From the IMG/VR virus record IMGVR_UViG_3300031787_000005: a stretch of 64,000 nt of DNA, one strand, 5' to 3'. The stretch is from a virus. The position numbers and the translations under genes were made by a program. Of this stretch, positions 9,749-19,298 are shown in pieces (position 1 is the first letter of the stretch; each line of letters starts with the position of its first letter). The notes under the pieces are model-generated. The model did not search any database, was not told the DNA's origin, and was given only the letters and a program-made list of their open reading frames with translations.

Positions 9749-10332
9749 ACTACCACCACCAATCTATCATCAGATTTCTTTCTTAAATCAAGTTCGACAA
9801 TATACACTTCTTTGGTTGGATAAAGATTAAGAATAAAAGACTTAAGATCTTCTGCATCTTCCTTAGTCTGAACATCTTCACAGATATAGATTCCACCATC
9901 ACTAATGTATGGATAATAGTTTTCAAAATTTTTCATCTGTTGACTTAATTGATGATTAGCATCATCTAAAATAATATCAAAACTTAAGTCATGAAGATGA
10001 CTCGAAATCAGATTAGGATCTTCACAATTAAAATTAAAAAGAGTAATCCTTTCGTGACTATTAATTTCCTCCATTACAGCATCACCATCAACTGGTTCAT
10101 ACTGATAGTGCCATTGACCATCTTCCTGAGAAAAATCTTCGATGCCATAAATTTGGGAGTTTTCAAAATACTTCTCCCACATTTTCAGAGATCCGCCAAA
10201 TAGCACTCCAATTTCTAGGACATTTAATTTTTCTGCCCTACGTTCAGAAAAAGTATCTTCATACCACCCAATGTAACTATGTGCGGTGCCTTTGTCAGTC
10301 TTGAATTGTGTATGAATATCAGTGAGTTTCAT
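9745..10332 (-). CDS. Class I SAM-dependent methyltransferase (sugar O-methyltransferase-like)
   Basis: TDKGTAHSY, VLEIGV..GGSLKMW, FDIILDD, GGIYICEDV. Confidence 0.8.
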   Translation of the reverse strand: MKLTDIHTQFKTDKGTAHSYIGWYEDTFSERRAEKLNVLEIGVLFGGSLKMWEKYFENSQIYGIEDFSQEDGQWHYQYEPVDGDAVMEEINSHERITLFNFNCEDPNLISSHLHDLSFDIILDDANHQLSQQMKNFENYYPYISDGGIYICEDVQTKEDAEDLKSFILNLYPTKEVYIVELDLRKKSDDRLVVVV

Positions 10333-11122
10333 GCTCTTTTCTCCAATCATCGTAGACTTGCTCATTTAAATAACCATCCAGATCTAAATCATTTTGTGTT
10401 TTGTTATGTACAGACATTATTCTTTTTTCAAAATTATCTACTGGATTATCTTTCGTTGATCCATTACTTTTAAAATGAACAGCATATGTACCATCAACTA
10501 ATTCTAAGTCCGCACAAACTTTTAACTCATCCAAATAGCCAATTTTTAAATCGTCCAGGTTGTTTCTAAGAGTAAGATTCAATGCAGGTGTCTCATGTGG
10601 AAAAGGTGTTTTATTTTCAACAAACTCTTCCATCTGAGTAATCCATCTTTGAATAAATCTCTTACACTTGGGAATATTATTGAAGATGACAAAACTTGCA
10701 ATCTCACTAATGTGTATCCCATCACCTCTTGTGTGACCACCAGTGCTCATTGTAGTGACCTGGATATCATAGTATGGTGCAATGATGGGTTCTATATCTC
10801 TTAGAACACATACATCACTATCAATCATAATAACAGGATGATCAAAATCAATTACATGAAAAAGTTTATTAAGAGACTTAGTTTTCATCTGAGTGGCTTT
10901 AACCCACCCCTCAGAATGAACACCACTATATTCATCAATACAATCAGTATCTAGAATACTTACCTTATCTTTATCCTTGATTGGTTTTTGGTATTCACCA
11001 AGTCCACTATCTGCAACATAAATTCTATCTAGATTTTTACAATTTTCTATTGCAGAACTTGTAAAAATATCTAGAAAAGGATAATAAGACTTATTCGCAG
11101 TTGTAAAAATACTATAGTTCAT
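10319..11122 (-). CDS. GT-A fold nucleotide-diphospho-sugar transferase
   Basis: TTANKSY start, W..AT..K, IMIDSDV DxD motif. Confidence 0.65.
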   Translation of the reverse strand: MNYSIFTTANKSYYPFLDIFTSSAIENCKNLDRIYVADSGLGEYQKPIKDKDKVSILDTDCIDEYSGVHSEGWVKATQMKTKSLNKLFHVIDFDHPVIMIDSDVCVLRDIEPIIAPYYDIQVTTMSTGGHTRGDGIHISEIASFVIFNNIPKCKRFIQRWITQMEEFVENKTPFPHETPALNLTLRNNLDDLKIGYLDELKVCADLELVDGTYAVHFKSNGSTKDNPVDNFEKRIMSVHNKTQNDLDLDGYLNEQVYDDWRKEHETH

Positions 11123-11128
11123 CTGTTA

Positions 11129-11665
11129 TCAAAGTTGAGCCACAATAATATCGTCAGCAATACATCCATCCTCAAAAGAAATTTTATAGTCGGGATTAAT
11201 ATCGGTCATTGCTTCAATTAAAAGTTCTTCATCAAGATCTTCTCCCCAGTTACTTCCAGAGAGTCCAAAGATTCTACGATCATCAACTAACAAAGTGTGA
11301 GTTTTGATTGGATGCTCAAGCAGGGCTTCCAATTCAAATGGAAGTGGACACTTGTATTCACCCAGAACATCACCATCCCAATGAGCATCTAACCAAAAGG
11401 TAGCAGGAGCATCTACTTTTGAAATGACATCTTTAAAAACTTTAAAGGTATCTCCTTCGACAATTTCTACTAGACCCTCTTCAATTTCTTTTTGAAACTT
11501 TTCAGTGTTATACTTTACTTTTTCTGGATCAATTTCAATCGAATAGATTTTTTTGAATCCACACTCTAGAGCAACTTCAACTGCTTCTCCCCATAGAGTT
11601 CCAGTTTCTACAAAAATATCATTCTTATATTTTTGCAATACTTCTTTTTTTAATGTTGTAGACAT
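11129..11665 (-). CDS. SAM-methyltransferase-like protein
   Basis: FVETGT..G, IYSIEID, FWLDAHW, LLVDDRR. Confidence 0.65.
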   Translation of the reverse strand: MSTTLKKEVLQKYKNDIFVETGTLWGEAVEVALECGFKKIYSIEIDPEKVKYNTEKFQKEIEEGLVEIVEGDTFKVFKDVISKVDAPATFWLDAHWDGDVLGEYKCPLPFELEALLEHPIKTHTLLVDDRRIFGLSGSNWGEDLDEELLIEAMTDINPDYKISFEDGCIADDIIVAQL

Positions 11666-11668
11666 ACT

Positions 11669-12991
11669 TTAAAATCCTCTTTTAATGTTAGCTTCAAACG
11701 GATAGTTTGATTTAGTCAGATATTCATCCAAAACAGATTTGTATTTTGAATTTTTTAATTTGTGATCCAACCAAAGAAATTCTTGTACGACGTATTTATC
11801 CAGATATGGATAGCGGGTTTCAATGCCATATGATCCCGCAACGTACTCTTCCTTTGCCAGATAAGAAACCATAGTGCTCCCATAAAAAGATGCCCAAGGG
11901 AAAATAGTTGAAATATCTTCTGGAAATAATCCACCAAAATTACTATGAAGAAATTTTTTCTCACCATTAAATCCATAGTCTGAAAATATTTCATCAGATC
12001 CAGATCCAGAAAGATAAACTTTCTTACCTTGTTTTTTAGCATTATCACAAATCATAGATAAACCACAAGATCCATTATCATCTTGAAGTCTTCTGTCGAA
12101 TTCATTATAGTCACTGCTGGAAGAATAAATCCGATATTTAAATTCTTCTACATTTCTATTAATATAATCTCTATATTGCCAACGATGATCTGCAAGATAT
12201 TGACCAGAAGAATTACTATTAAACATGGAGAATCTTTTATCTAAGATTTCCTGATTTTCATTTCCAACAACAGCATAAGCTTTATAAGGAACGTTTTGCT
12301 TGGTCAATTCACATGCAATAGCACCACTATCATATCCACTGGACAGACCAATAAAAATATTTTCCCTAAGATTAGATGTACGCTTACGAATAGAATTTTC
12401 AAAGGCAACAATCCAATCGGAAAAATCTGTTTTATATTGCTTCAAATCAAAATCATAAACGAAAAATTCATTAAGTAATTTTCTCGATTCAAGATCAAAA
12501 ACTTGAGTAGTATTTGCATCTAGTTTGATTGCAGTTCTAAATCCCAATGCTTTTACTGCAGATTCATAAGTTGCAACTGCAAGAGTTTCGCCAATTGAAA
12601 ACCACAATGGTTTCGTGGCAAATACGTCAGTAGATATAATAAAACGATCGTTCTTAAAGTCAACTAGAACAATTGCAAATTCACCATCAAGTTCTTTTAC
12701 AAATTTATCCCCATACTTTTTGTAAAGAGGAATCAAACACTCACCATCAGAAGTATATTCACCAAACTCTTGATAATTATAAATCTCACCATTATAGATA
12801 CAGACAATCTGATCATCATGATCTACAAAAGGTTGCTCGGTAAATTCACCAGTGATGGATAAAATATTATGTGTGAATGTATATTCATTAACTTCAATAG
12901 TCCTAGTTGCATCAGGACCACGAAATCTCATAAAATGATTTACATGATCAAAATCATCAATATCCTTATCAGTAAAAAGAAAACTACACAT
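11669..12991 (-). CDS. Asparagine synthetase (AsnB)-like glutamine amidotransferase
   Basis: N-terminal Cys2, RGPD, YNGEIYN, LDGEFA, LSSGYDS PP-loop, GSGSDEIF, ETRYPYLD. Confidence 0.88.
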   Translation of the reverse strand: MCSFLFTDKDIDDFDHVNHFMRFRGPDATRTIEVNEYTFTHNILSITGEFTEQPFVDHDDQIVCIYNGEIYNYQEFGEYTSDGECLIPLYKKYGDKFVKELDGEFAIVLVDFKNDRFIISTDVFATKPLWFSIGETLAVATYESAVKALGFRTAIKLDANTTQVFDLESRKLLNEFFVYDFDLKQYKTDFSDWIVAFENSIRKRTSNLRENIFIGLSSGYDSGAIACELTKQNVPYKAYAVVGNENQEILDKRFSMFNSNSSGQYLADHRWQYRDYINRNVEEFKYRIYSSSSDYNEFDRRLQDDNGSCGLSMICDNAKKQGKKVYLSGSGSDEIFSDYGFNGEKKFLHSNFGGLFPEDISTIFPWASFYGSTMVSYLAKEEYVAGSYGIETRYPYLDKYVVQEFLWLDHKLKNSKYKSVLDEYLTKSNYPFEANIKRGF

Positions 12992-13692
12992 CAGAATGTT
13001 CTACTATGATTTGATACGATTACTTGAGGCATAATTGAATTGCCTCTAATTGTATTAGCAACACCAGGAAGAATGGATAGATTAATACCGAGTTGATGGC
13101 ACACAAAAGGAAAACTTAACTGATCTCTGGATGAGAACATACATATTTGTTCCCACCACATTAATCCCATCTTTTGAGTCAATTCATTATTGCGCTGAAA
13201 TCTTACGGGAAGTTCATACAATCCATTACCTTCAGGATAGCACATATCTTTATAAAAGGCAAGTTGATCATCAATCAAATTTGGATAATCAAATTTTATC
13301 TCTTTGATAAACTCACCCTCTTCATAAATGCATTGACGTTGTGGATGTTCAAAGACTGCAACATCAGTATCTTTAAGGTAGGTTTCTACAAGTTGATTTG
13401 GATCTTGATCTAAAATATGTGTGGAATCAATCCAAAAATAGTAATCATATCCTGGGAGAAATGCAAAAGGAATTATCTTATAAATTTTTGCGTTTCTCCT
13501 GTTTGCATAAACTGGGTCCGCAGAAAATTGAATAGCAGAATGTTGATTCCAATATTGAAGATCAGGATGCTCAATCCAATCTTTACTATCACTTTCATTA
13601 TCTACAAAAGCATGATAATCAACGTTATCAAATTTCTTTTGTGGTAAAAGACTATTTGTTCCTATTGAAGCAGTTATAACAGCAATCTTCAT
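12991..13692 (-). CDS. DUF616/TOD1-MUCI70-like glycosyltransferase
   Basis: RRNAKIYKI, FWIDS, FEHPQRQCIYEE, RDQLSFP. Confidence 0.75.
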   Translation of the reverse strand: MKIAVITASIGTNSLLPQKKFDNVDYHAFVDNESDSKDWIEHPDLQYWNQHSAIQFSADPVYANRRNAKIYKIIPFAFLPGYDYYFWIDSTHILDQDPNQLVETYLKDTDVAVFEHPQRQCIYEEGEFIKEIKFDYPNLIDDQLAFYKDMCYPEGNGLYELPVRFQRNNELTQKMGLMWWEQICMFSSRDQLSFPFVCHQLGINLSILPGVANTIRGNSIMPQVIVSNHSRTF

Positions 13693-14465
13693 GGTTCAAC
13701 ACTTCTATGCTTATCATTCAGTTCTCTAATAAACTTAATCAAAGGACTTTGACTAAACTTTTCAAGTTCATAATTATCTTTTGTTAGGCAATGACTTTCC
13801 CATCCAAACTTACCATCACTACCAGGAACTTGAGAATGTGAATGACCAATCCTCTCATCAAGTCCAACCATTTCAGCAAAATTAGCATAAGTAGATTCAC
13901 AACCTTGCTGCTGATGTGCTAGGTACATCTCATTAAAGAAAGTAACCCTGAGTGCCAAGAAAGCATTTTCAGCATACTTGACTAGTGCTGCTGTTTTAAT
14001 GTCAGTAATTTTAATATCTTTGACATGGGCCAGTCTAGTTTTAAAGATATCTGCAACCTTCATAGCGGCATCTTCATCACCACCAAGGATAAAGAATTTT
14101 TGTCCTTGGAACATTTTAATAGGATTAGTCTTGTTCAAATATTCTGGACTATGCAAAATTTTAATGTTGGTATATCGATCAACAACATCTGAATAAAATT
14201 CAGGAGTAGCAGTTGACTTGCAGCAAACTGGAGTATTAGGTAACATATTCTCATTCAATTCTGATAAGACAGAATCCAATAGTTGAAAACCTTCTGCTTT
14301 TGGTGTATCAACAGAAACAAATACAGCATCAAATTCTTGATTTTTAAAGTCACTAATTTTATTATTATTGAATTTTGGATCAATAATAGTTTTCTCACCC
14401 TCAGAAAAAATTGATGCTACAGCAGATCCAACGAATCCAAACCCAACAATTAAAACTTTGTACAT
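13689..14465 (-). CDS. UDP-glucose/GDP-mannose dehydrogenase family protein
   Basis: VGFGFVG Rossmann motif, VSVDTP, KST..P, SPEYL, LVKYAENAFLA, DERIG..H..VPG.DG. Confidence 0.85.
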   Translation of the reverse strand: MYKVLIVGFGFVGSAVASIFSEGEKTIIDPKFNNNKISDFKNQEFDAVFVSVDTPKAEGFQLLDSVLSELNENMLPNTPVCCKSTATPEFYSDVVDRYTNIKILHSPEYLNKTNPIKMFQGQKFFILGGDEDAAMKVADIFKTRLAHVKDIKITDIKTAALVKYAENAFLALRVTFFNEMYLAHQQQGCESTYANFAEMVGLDERIGHSHSQVPGSDGKFGWESHCLTKDNYELEKFSQSPLIKFIRELNDKHRSVEP

Positions 14466-15188
14466 TTACTTAACTCCATGCTTTTCTTTACAATATAAAA
14501 GTTCACCATTAAATTTTTTCTGGTAATCTTCCTTTAAATACATTGAAGATATTTGATCTTCATGAACTCTATTAGACACTAATACATCATGATAATATAT
14601 GGGATCTCCATATCTTTCCTTAGCATGATAATAAAATTCACAATCCATCATCATAACTAGATTTGGATCAAATTTAACTTGGTCGAAAACTTCTCGTCTT
14701 GCTGCTAAGACAGAAGGAGAACTAATTGTATTAACACCATTAATTATATCACCATTCCAAGCGGGATACAAATCACCATAAAAAGAATTTCCGTCATTTT
14801 TAGTGTGATTACAAGCACACAATAACCATTTGGTATTCTCATCAAAAGCATTATAAATTTTTTCTAGTGCTTCGTCATCATAGAAAAAATCATCTTGGAA
14901 CATTACTTTTATAATCTCACCAGAACAATTTTCAATGGCATTATTAGTGTTTGCTGGTCCATTTCCACGTTGTTCTTCATTCTTTAAATAAACAATTTTG
15001 AATTTTCCCCTATATTGATAGATGACTTTTAACAATTCATTATCAATACTATGATCTGAAATGACAACTTCAAAATCTTTAAATGTCTGTATTTCAATAG
15101 TTCTGAATAGGTCTTCTAAAAATTCATTTCCTCTTCCCTTAGATTCATAAGTAGGAATAGCAATAGACATCTTCATAAGACCACCCAA
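14466..15188 (-). CDS. Glycosyltransferase family 2
   Basis: SIAIPTY, EVVISDHS, NTNNAI, FQDDFF. Confidence 0.85.
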   Translation of the reverse strand: MGGLMKMSIAIPTYESKGRGNEFLEDLFRTIEIQTFKDFEVVISDHSIDNELLKVIYQYRGKFKIVYLKNEEQRGNGPANTNNAIENCSGEIIKVMFQDDFFYDDEALEKIYNAFDENTKWLLCACNHTKNDGNSFYGDLYPAWNGDIINGVNTISSPSVLAARREVFDQVKFDPNLVMMMDCEFYYHAKERYGDPIYYHDVLVSNRVHEDQISSMYLKEDYQKKFNGELLYCKEKHGVK

Positions 15189-15976
15189 CCATCACAATAA
15201 AGATCTTCTGTATTTTTATCTGCATTGTTAGGACCAAACCAAATAGAAGGTGCAATAACTTTTCCCGTATTTGCTAACCAAGCCCCCCACCAACTAAATG
15301 TACTATTAGCAATAATAAAATCTGAACACTTAGACATTAGGTACAAATCATGGTAAGGACCATTTCCTTCCGACACAAGAAATCTGTCATCAGAAAAAAT
15401 TGATTGCTCTTTACACCAAGACGAGTCATCCGAAAAAATTATAACCTGGCGACTATTATGAAACTGCTGAAGTGCATTTTCATAATATTCAAGTGAAAGA
15501 TTTGCATGATTGGCAGAGTTAATTAGAAAATCTCCTCTACGAATATGTAAAGCAATTGGATTATCAAACTGCTCTACAATATCTACACACTCACCTATAT
15601 ACTTATCTTGAAAGATAAAGTCTTCACGAATCTCATCCTCAACATGCTTGAAATATTTTTCAGTTTGAAAGTATCCAAAAAGAGATACGTCATCTTGGGG
15701 ATCTAACTTAAAAAATTTCTCATCAAATTCAAATTTTGTTTCCTGAATATATTTTTCTGATGGTAGATTTAACATTCCCCGATAATCTGTTTTTAAAGAA
15801 AACACATCAAACAATTCAATTCTCAAACGATTGCCTAGTCCATCATCAACAACTTCTCTATGATCTGGAATCATAAAGTTGGTTCCAATTTTTTTTGCAA
15901 TCCCTTTAGTTGCGGCATACTGGAACATTTGGTTTCCCAATTGTCCAATCTTACCCAAATGATTAAATCCGATCAT
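15173..15976 (-). CDS. Alpha-1,2-fucosyltransferase (GT11)
   Basis: GQLGNQMFQYA, GYFQTEKYF, LHIRRGD, FSDD..WC, IANSTFSWWGAWL. Confidence 0.92.
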   Translation of the reverse strand: MIGFNHLGKIGQLGNQMFQYAATKGIAKKIGTNFMIPDHREVVDDGLGNRLRIELFDVFSLKTDYRGMLNLPSEKYIQETKFEFDEKFFKLDPQDDVSLFGYFQTEKYFKHVEDEIREDFIFQDKYIGECVDIVEQFDNPIALHIRRGDFLINSANHANLSLEYYENALQQFHNSRQVIIFSDDSSWCKEQSIFSDDRFLVSEGNGPYHDLYLMSKCSDFIIANSTFSWWGAWLANTGKVIAPSIWFGPNNADKNTEDLYCDGWVVL

Positions 15977-17055
15977 TTTTGTATTTGTTCAGAAATCCAG
16001 ATATAGGTTTTGCGGATACCTTCTTCAAGAGTCTGAGAGTAATCCCAACCAAGTTCTTTACGGATCAGATCATTATTTGAATTACGACCACGAACTCCAA
16101 GAGGACCATCAATATGATTCTTCTCTACAACTTTACCTGCAACTTTAGCAGCAGTATCTACAAGTTGATTAATGGTCACCATCTCTTCAGATCCGATGTT
16201 GACGGGTCCAATGAAATTAGAATCCATTAAACGACGAGTTGCCTCAATACACTCATCAATGTAAAGGAATGAACGAGTCTGTTTGCCATCACCCCATACA
16301 TCAATGGTACCACCTTCTTCGGGAAGATATGCTACCTTACGGCAGATTGCGGCGGGTGCTTTTTCACGTCCACCATCCCAGGTTCCTTCAGGTCCAAAGA
16401 TATTGTGATAACGAGCAACCCGTACAGGAATCCCATAATTACGATGATAAGCGAAAAAGAGTCGCTCTGAGAAAAGTTTCTCCCAACCATATTCAGAATC
16501 TGGGTTAGCAGGATATGCTGATTCTTCACGGCAATCAGGATTATCAGGGTCTAGTTGATTGTGCTCTGGATACATACATGCAGATCCAGAATAGAAAATC
16601 TTAGTAGTGTAATCTAATGCAGGTCTTGCATTTTGTTTCCAAGAGGAATCTTCGCCAAAGGTTTCATTCATTTGCCTTTGGGATTCAAGAACATTCAGAT
16701 TAATGGTTGCAGAATTATGCATGATATCAGCATCATTCTCACCAGTAAAAACGAATCCTGCACCGCCCATATCAGCAGCAAACTGATAGATTTCATGGAA
16801 CGGAAGAATATATTGATAGGGAACAGAATTATGAAAATTACCTTGTTCTCCTCTAAATTCAAGGACACGACGAACAAAAGTTATGTCTCTCAGATCTCCT
16901 TGAATAAATTCATTTGCTTCTGTTTCAGAAAACTCTGGATATTTGAGGTCTACACCGCGAACCCAATATCCTTCAGAACGCAACCTTCTAACCATATGAC
17001 TTCCGATAAAGCCACCAGCACCAAGCACAAGTGCTGTCTTTTTATATTGACTCAT
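15973..17055 (-). CDS. NAD-dependent sugar epimerase, GDP-mannose 3,5-epimerase-like (WcaG family)
   Basis: GAGGFIGSH, AADMGGAGF, SGSACMYPE, YGWEK, REKAPAAICRK, GVRGRNSNN. Confidence 0.9.
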   Translation of the reverse strand: MSQYKKTALVLGAGGFIGSHMVRRLRSEGYWVRGVDLKYPEFSETEANEFIQGDLRDITFVRRVLEFRGEQGNFHNSVPYQYILPFHEIYQFAADMGGAGFVFTGENDADIMHNSATINLNVLESQRQMNETFGEDSSWKQNARPALDYTTKIFYSGSACMYPEHNQLDPDNPDCREESAYPANPDSEYGWEKLFSERLFFAYHRNYGIPVRVARYHNIFGPEGTWDGGREKAPAAICRKVAYLPEEGGTIDVWGDGKQTRSFLYIDECIEATRRLMDSNFIGPVNIGSEEMVTINQLVDTAAKVAGKVVEKNHIDGPLGVRGRNSNNDLIRKELGWDYSQTLEEGIRKTYIWISEQIQK

Positions 17056-17079
17056 AAAATCATAAACTCTATAATATGT

Positions 17080-17118
17080 ATTATACTAAAAAAGGTGGGT
17101 TTATGCAACCCACCTTTA
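17080..17118 (-). promoter_or_regulatory. Promoter (TTGCAT-17-TATAAT) fused with a terminator hairpin, upstream of the glycan island
   Basis: Minus strand AAAGGTGGGTTGCATAAACCCACCTTTTTTAGTATAAT. Confidence 0.75.
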
Positions 17119-17120
17119 AT

Positions 17121-17255
17121 ATTAGGTTCGCCATGCACGCCACCAATTCTTTAACTGGAAATTGGAAACCAGGCGGGAGAGAGTCCCATCCGCACCACTT
17201 GCTCTTTAAGGAAGCAAGAAACCTAATAGGGTCATATTTGACTCCACCACTTGGT
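17121..17255 (-). ncRNA. Candidate wcaG-like structured RNA (two tandem related units)
   Basis: GGTTTCTTGCTTCC-TTAAAGAGCAAGTGG and GGTTTCCAATTTCCAGTTAAAGAATTGGTGG with compensatory stems, directly upstream of a WcaG-family epimerase; family assignment from memory. Confidence 0.55.
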
Positions 17256-17256
17256 T

Positions 17257-17484
17257 TTAGGAAACCAAGAAAATTTGGGTTAACTTTGATATTTCGGTAA
17301 TACCAAAGAATGCGATTAAAAATAACACATCCCAAAGTTTAAGTTTGATAGCAAAAGGAATACCGAGTAGTCCCCCGATAAACTTTATTATCAAACCATT
17401 TTTAAAATCTCCCCACAACATGATTTGATAACCAAGTAAGAGGAGAAAGTTGCCAATGTATCTTAGGATACTTGTTTTAGACAT
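17257..17484 (-). CDS. Small membrane hypothetical protein
   Basis: ORF track; 2-3 hydrophobic segments. Confidence 0.6.
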   Translation of the reverse strand: MSKTSILRYIGNFLLLLGYQIMLWGDFKNGLIIKFIGGLLGIPFAIKLKLWDVLFLIAFFGITEISKLTQIFLVS

Positions 17485-17531
17485 AAGGGGTTTGCTCCCG
17501 ACCAGGGCTTAGTTTTAAGTCATAACCGAGA

Positions 17532-17765
17532 CTATTCATCGTCTCTTACATAACAAGGGACTCGATCTGGATCTAACCATTTCGCATACTCAATATCCTC
17601 CATTGCAGTAGAACATTGAAGCACATTATCAAACAGATAAATGTCATTCCAGCGTTTGGTGTAGTAGTTTTGTTTTTGCAGACGATAATCGGGTTTGCCG
17701 TTTATCTCAAGAATACCTGCCTCAACGAAGCGGTATCCTTCACGCTCCAGAAGAACCTTACTCAC
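17532..17765 (-). CDS. Hypothetical protein
   Basis: ORF track; overlaps the stop of the upstream gene. Confidence 0.75.
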   Translation of the reverse strand: MSKVLLEREGYRFVEAGILEINGKPDYRLQKQNYYTKRWNDIYLFDNVLQCSTAMEDIEYAKWLDPDRVPCYVRDDE

Positions 17766-17974
17766 GCTTCAACTGCCTCAAGATCACTGGCGACATACTC
17801 CATAAGCATTTCGTAGTCGTCAAGGGGATCACCAGAAAACACGACGCCTTCATTCTCATAAAAGCGGCGGACCTTTTTATAAAGTTTCGGACTCTTTACA
17901 TCAAGATAGATTTCCCCGTTAGCAGCAAGACGAAGAGTGCTAACATCTTTTTTGAACTTTTGAATCAGAGACAT
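17762..17974 (-). CDS. Hypothetical protein (MSLIQKFKKDV...)
   Basis: ORF track; start moved downstream of TTGACT-17-TATAAT at 17997-18025. Confidence 0.7.
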   Translation of the reverse strand: MSLIQKFKKDVSTLRLAANGEIYLDVKSPKLYKKVRRFYENEGVVFSGDPLDDYEMLMEYVASDLEAVEA

Positions 17975-18049
17975 TGTTTTGAATTGTTGCCTTAGTATTA
18001 TAAGGGTTGTTGAGTGTTTAGTCAAGTGTGCCAGTGAAGTAACTGGCGA

Positions 18050-18123
18050 TCGGAATGACAGGATTCGAACCTGCGGCGTCTCGCTCCCAAAGCGAGTGCT
18101 CTACCAAGCTGAGCTACATTCCG
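18050..18123 (-). tRNA. tRNA-Pro(TGG)
   Basis: Cloverleaf CGGAATG...CATTCCG; anticodon loop TTTGGGA; GGTTCGAATCC T-arm. Confidence 0.95.
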
Positions 18124-18133
18124 TTATGTAGTG

Positions 18134-18162
18134 ATTATACTACTTCTTGTGCCCCTTGTCAA
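18134..18162 (-). promoter_or_regulatory. Consensus sigma70 promoter TTGACA-17-TATAAT for tRNA-Pro
   Basis: Minus strand TTGACAAGGGGCACAAGAAGTAGTATAAT. Confidence 0.85.
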
Positions 18163-18292
18163 ATGGAGCCCAGTGCTGCCAATCATATTTATGAATTGCC
18201 CAGATACCCATAATAGGCACAACAACTAAAAGATATCCAATAATACCAAGAGTATAGGGATTTTCTAATACCCACCTTGAAAAGTGTCCCAT
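18140..18292 (-). CDS. Small membrane protein, 50 aa (MGHFSRWVLENPYTLGIIG...)
   Basis: Manual translation; one transmembrane helix. Confidence 0.6.
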   Translation of the reverse strand: MGHFSRWVLENPYTLGIIGYLLVVVPIMGIWAIHKYDWQHWAPFDKGHKK

Positions 18293-18295
18293 TTT

Positions 18296-18898
18296 TTAAT
18301 AAATTTCTGATCTGAGAAATGACATAATCAATGCTCCTCTTCTTTGTGTGCTTGTGTTTACAACAGAATGCTCACTTGTTTCATCGAAAGGATTTAGATC
18401 TCCATTATTTAATAATCTAGTTTGTCCAGCAACTGTCAGAGAACATTCACCATCATTTGGGATATCGACACTTAAATGATATTTAATGATTGTTTCTTTA
18501 CCAGTTTTAGTATATCCAAACCCAACTAATAAATCATCATCATGATCTCTATGAGGTTTGACTATTCCACCAGGTTCAATCATCGAAAATATTGCAAGTA
18601 TTGGTTTGACTTTGAATGATGATATCATTTTTGTAGTAAAACATTCTTCAACCTCCTCATGCCAAAATATTGAAGGAATTGGATGTTTACCATAAATCAA
18701 AGGACATACCTGCCAAAAATATCCAGTGTTTTTTGGAAGAGACGTTGTACTAAATCCAAACTTCAAATCCCAACTATGTTGGTAATCAAAAAAATATTTT
18801 TTATGATTTGAAACAAAATTGAAATAATCCGTTCTTATATTATCAAAATTATCAAGAATCAGTTGATTATCAACTTTTTCAGAAAGTGGCAAAAACAT
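18296..18898 (-). CDS. Aspartyl/asparaginyl beta-hydroxylase-like 2OG-Fe(II) dioxygenase
   Basis: FSMIEPGGIVKPHRD (HxD), YHLSV, FDETSEHSVVN. Confidence 0.8.
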   Translation of the reverse strand: MFLPLSEKVDNQLILDNFDNIRTDYFNFVSNHKKYFFDYQHSWDLKFGFSTTSLPKNTGYFWQVCPLIYGKHPIPSIFWHEEVEECFTTKMISSFKVKPILAIFSMIEPGGIVKPHRDHDDDLLVGFGYTKTGKETIIKYHLSVDIPNDGECSLTVAGQTRLLNNGDLNPFDETSEHSVVNTSTQRRGALIMSFLRSEIY

Positions 18899-18934
18899 TA
18901 ATCAGTTAATCTATCTTAAATTATGTATGTTGGA

Positions 18935-19132
18935 TTAGTATCCTCTCCAAGTTTTAAATTCGTAATAGAAATATTGGTCAAGAATCATATTATCTAATGG
19001 AGCATTTTCTTCCCTATATGCCCATTCTACACAGAAATCCACAATACGATGATCATGTAATGAACTATGTCCCCACATCCTGACAAATGCAGATGCGGCA
19101 AAATGATATCTCTGTTTAGTGTGCGGTTCCAT
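18935..19132 (-). CDS. Hypothetical protein (MEPHTKQRYHFAASAF...)
   Basis: ORF track, trimmed to an internal ATG. Confidence 0.6.
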   Translation of the reverse strand: MEPHTKQRYHFAASAFVRMWGHSSLHDHRIVDFCVEWAYREENAPLDNMILDQYFYYEFKTWRGY

Positions 19133-19235
19133 TTCCCTTATAATCTTTGGAGTCATAGTATCCTCCTTTTGTTCCGAAATAGATTGTAGATAATACGAAA
19201 GGGATAGTGACGAAAGATAGTGCGATACCAAGCAT
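19116..19235 (-). CDS. Small membrane peptide, 39 aa (MLGIALSFVTIPFVLSTIYFGTKGGYYDSKDYKGNGTAH)
   Basis: Manual translation; AGGAG-like SD upstream. Confidence 0.6.
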   Translation of the reverse strand: MLGIALSFVTIPFVLSTIYFGTKGGYYDSKDYKGNGTAH

Positions 19236-19298
19236 AATAGTTCTCCTCAAATGTTTGTTCTGATAGTGCTATAAGTGCGATAAGTTTTTGAGTGTCAT

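Noticed and set aside
17076-17335. Two overlapping short ORFs on opposite strands
   Set aside because: They span a promoter, a terminator and a structured-RNA candidate, and have no protein-like features.
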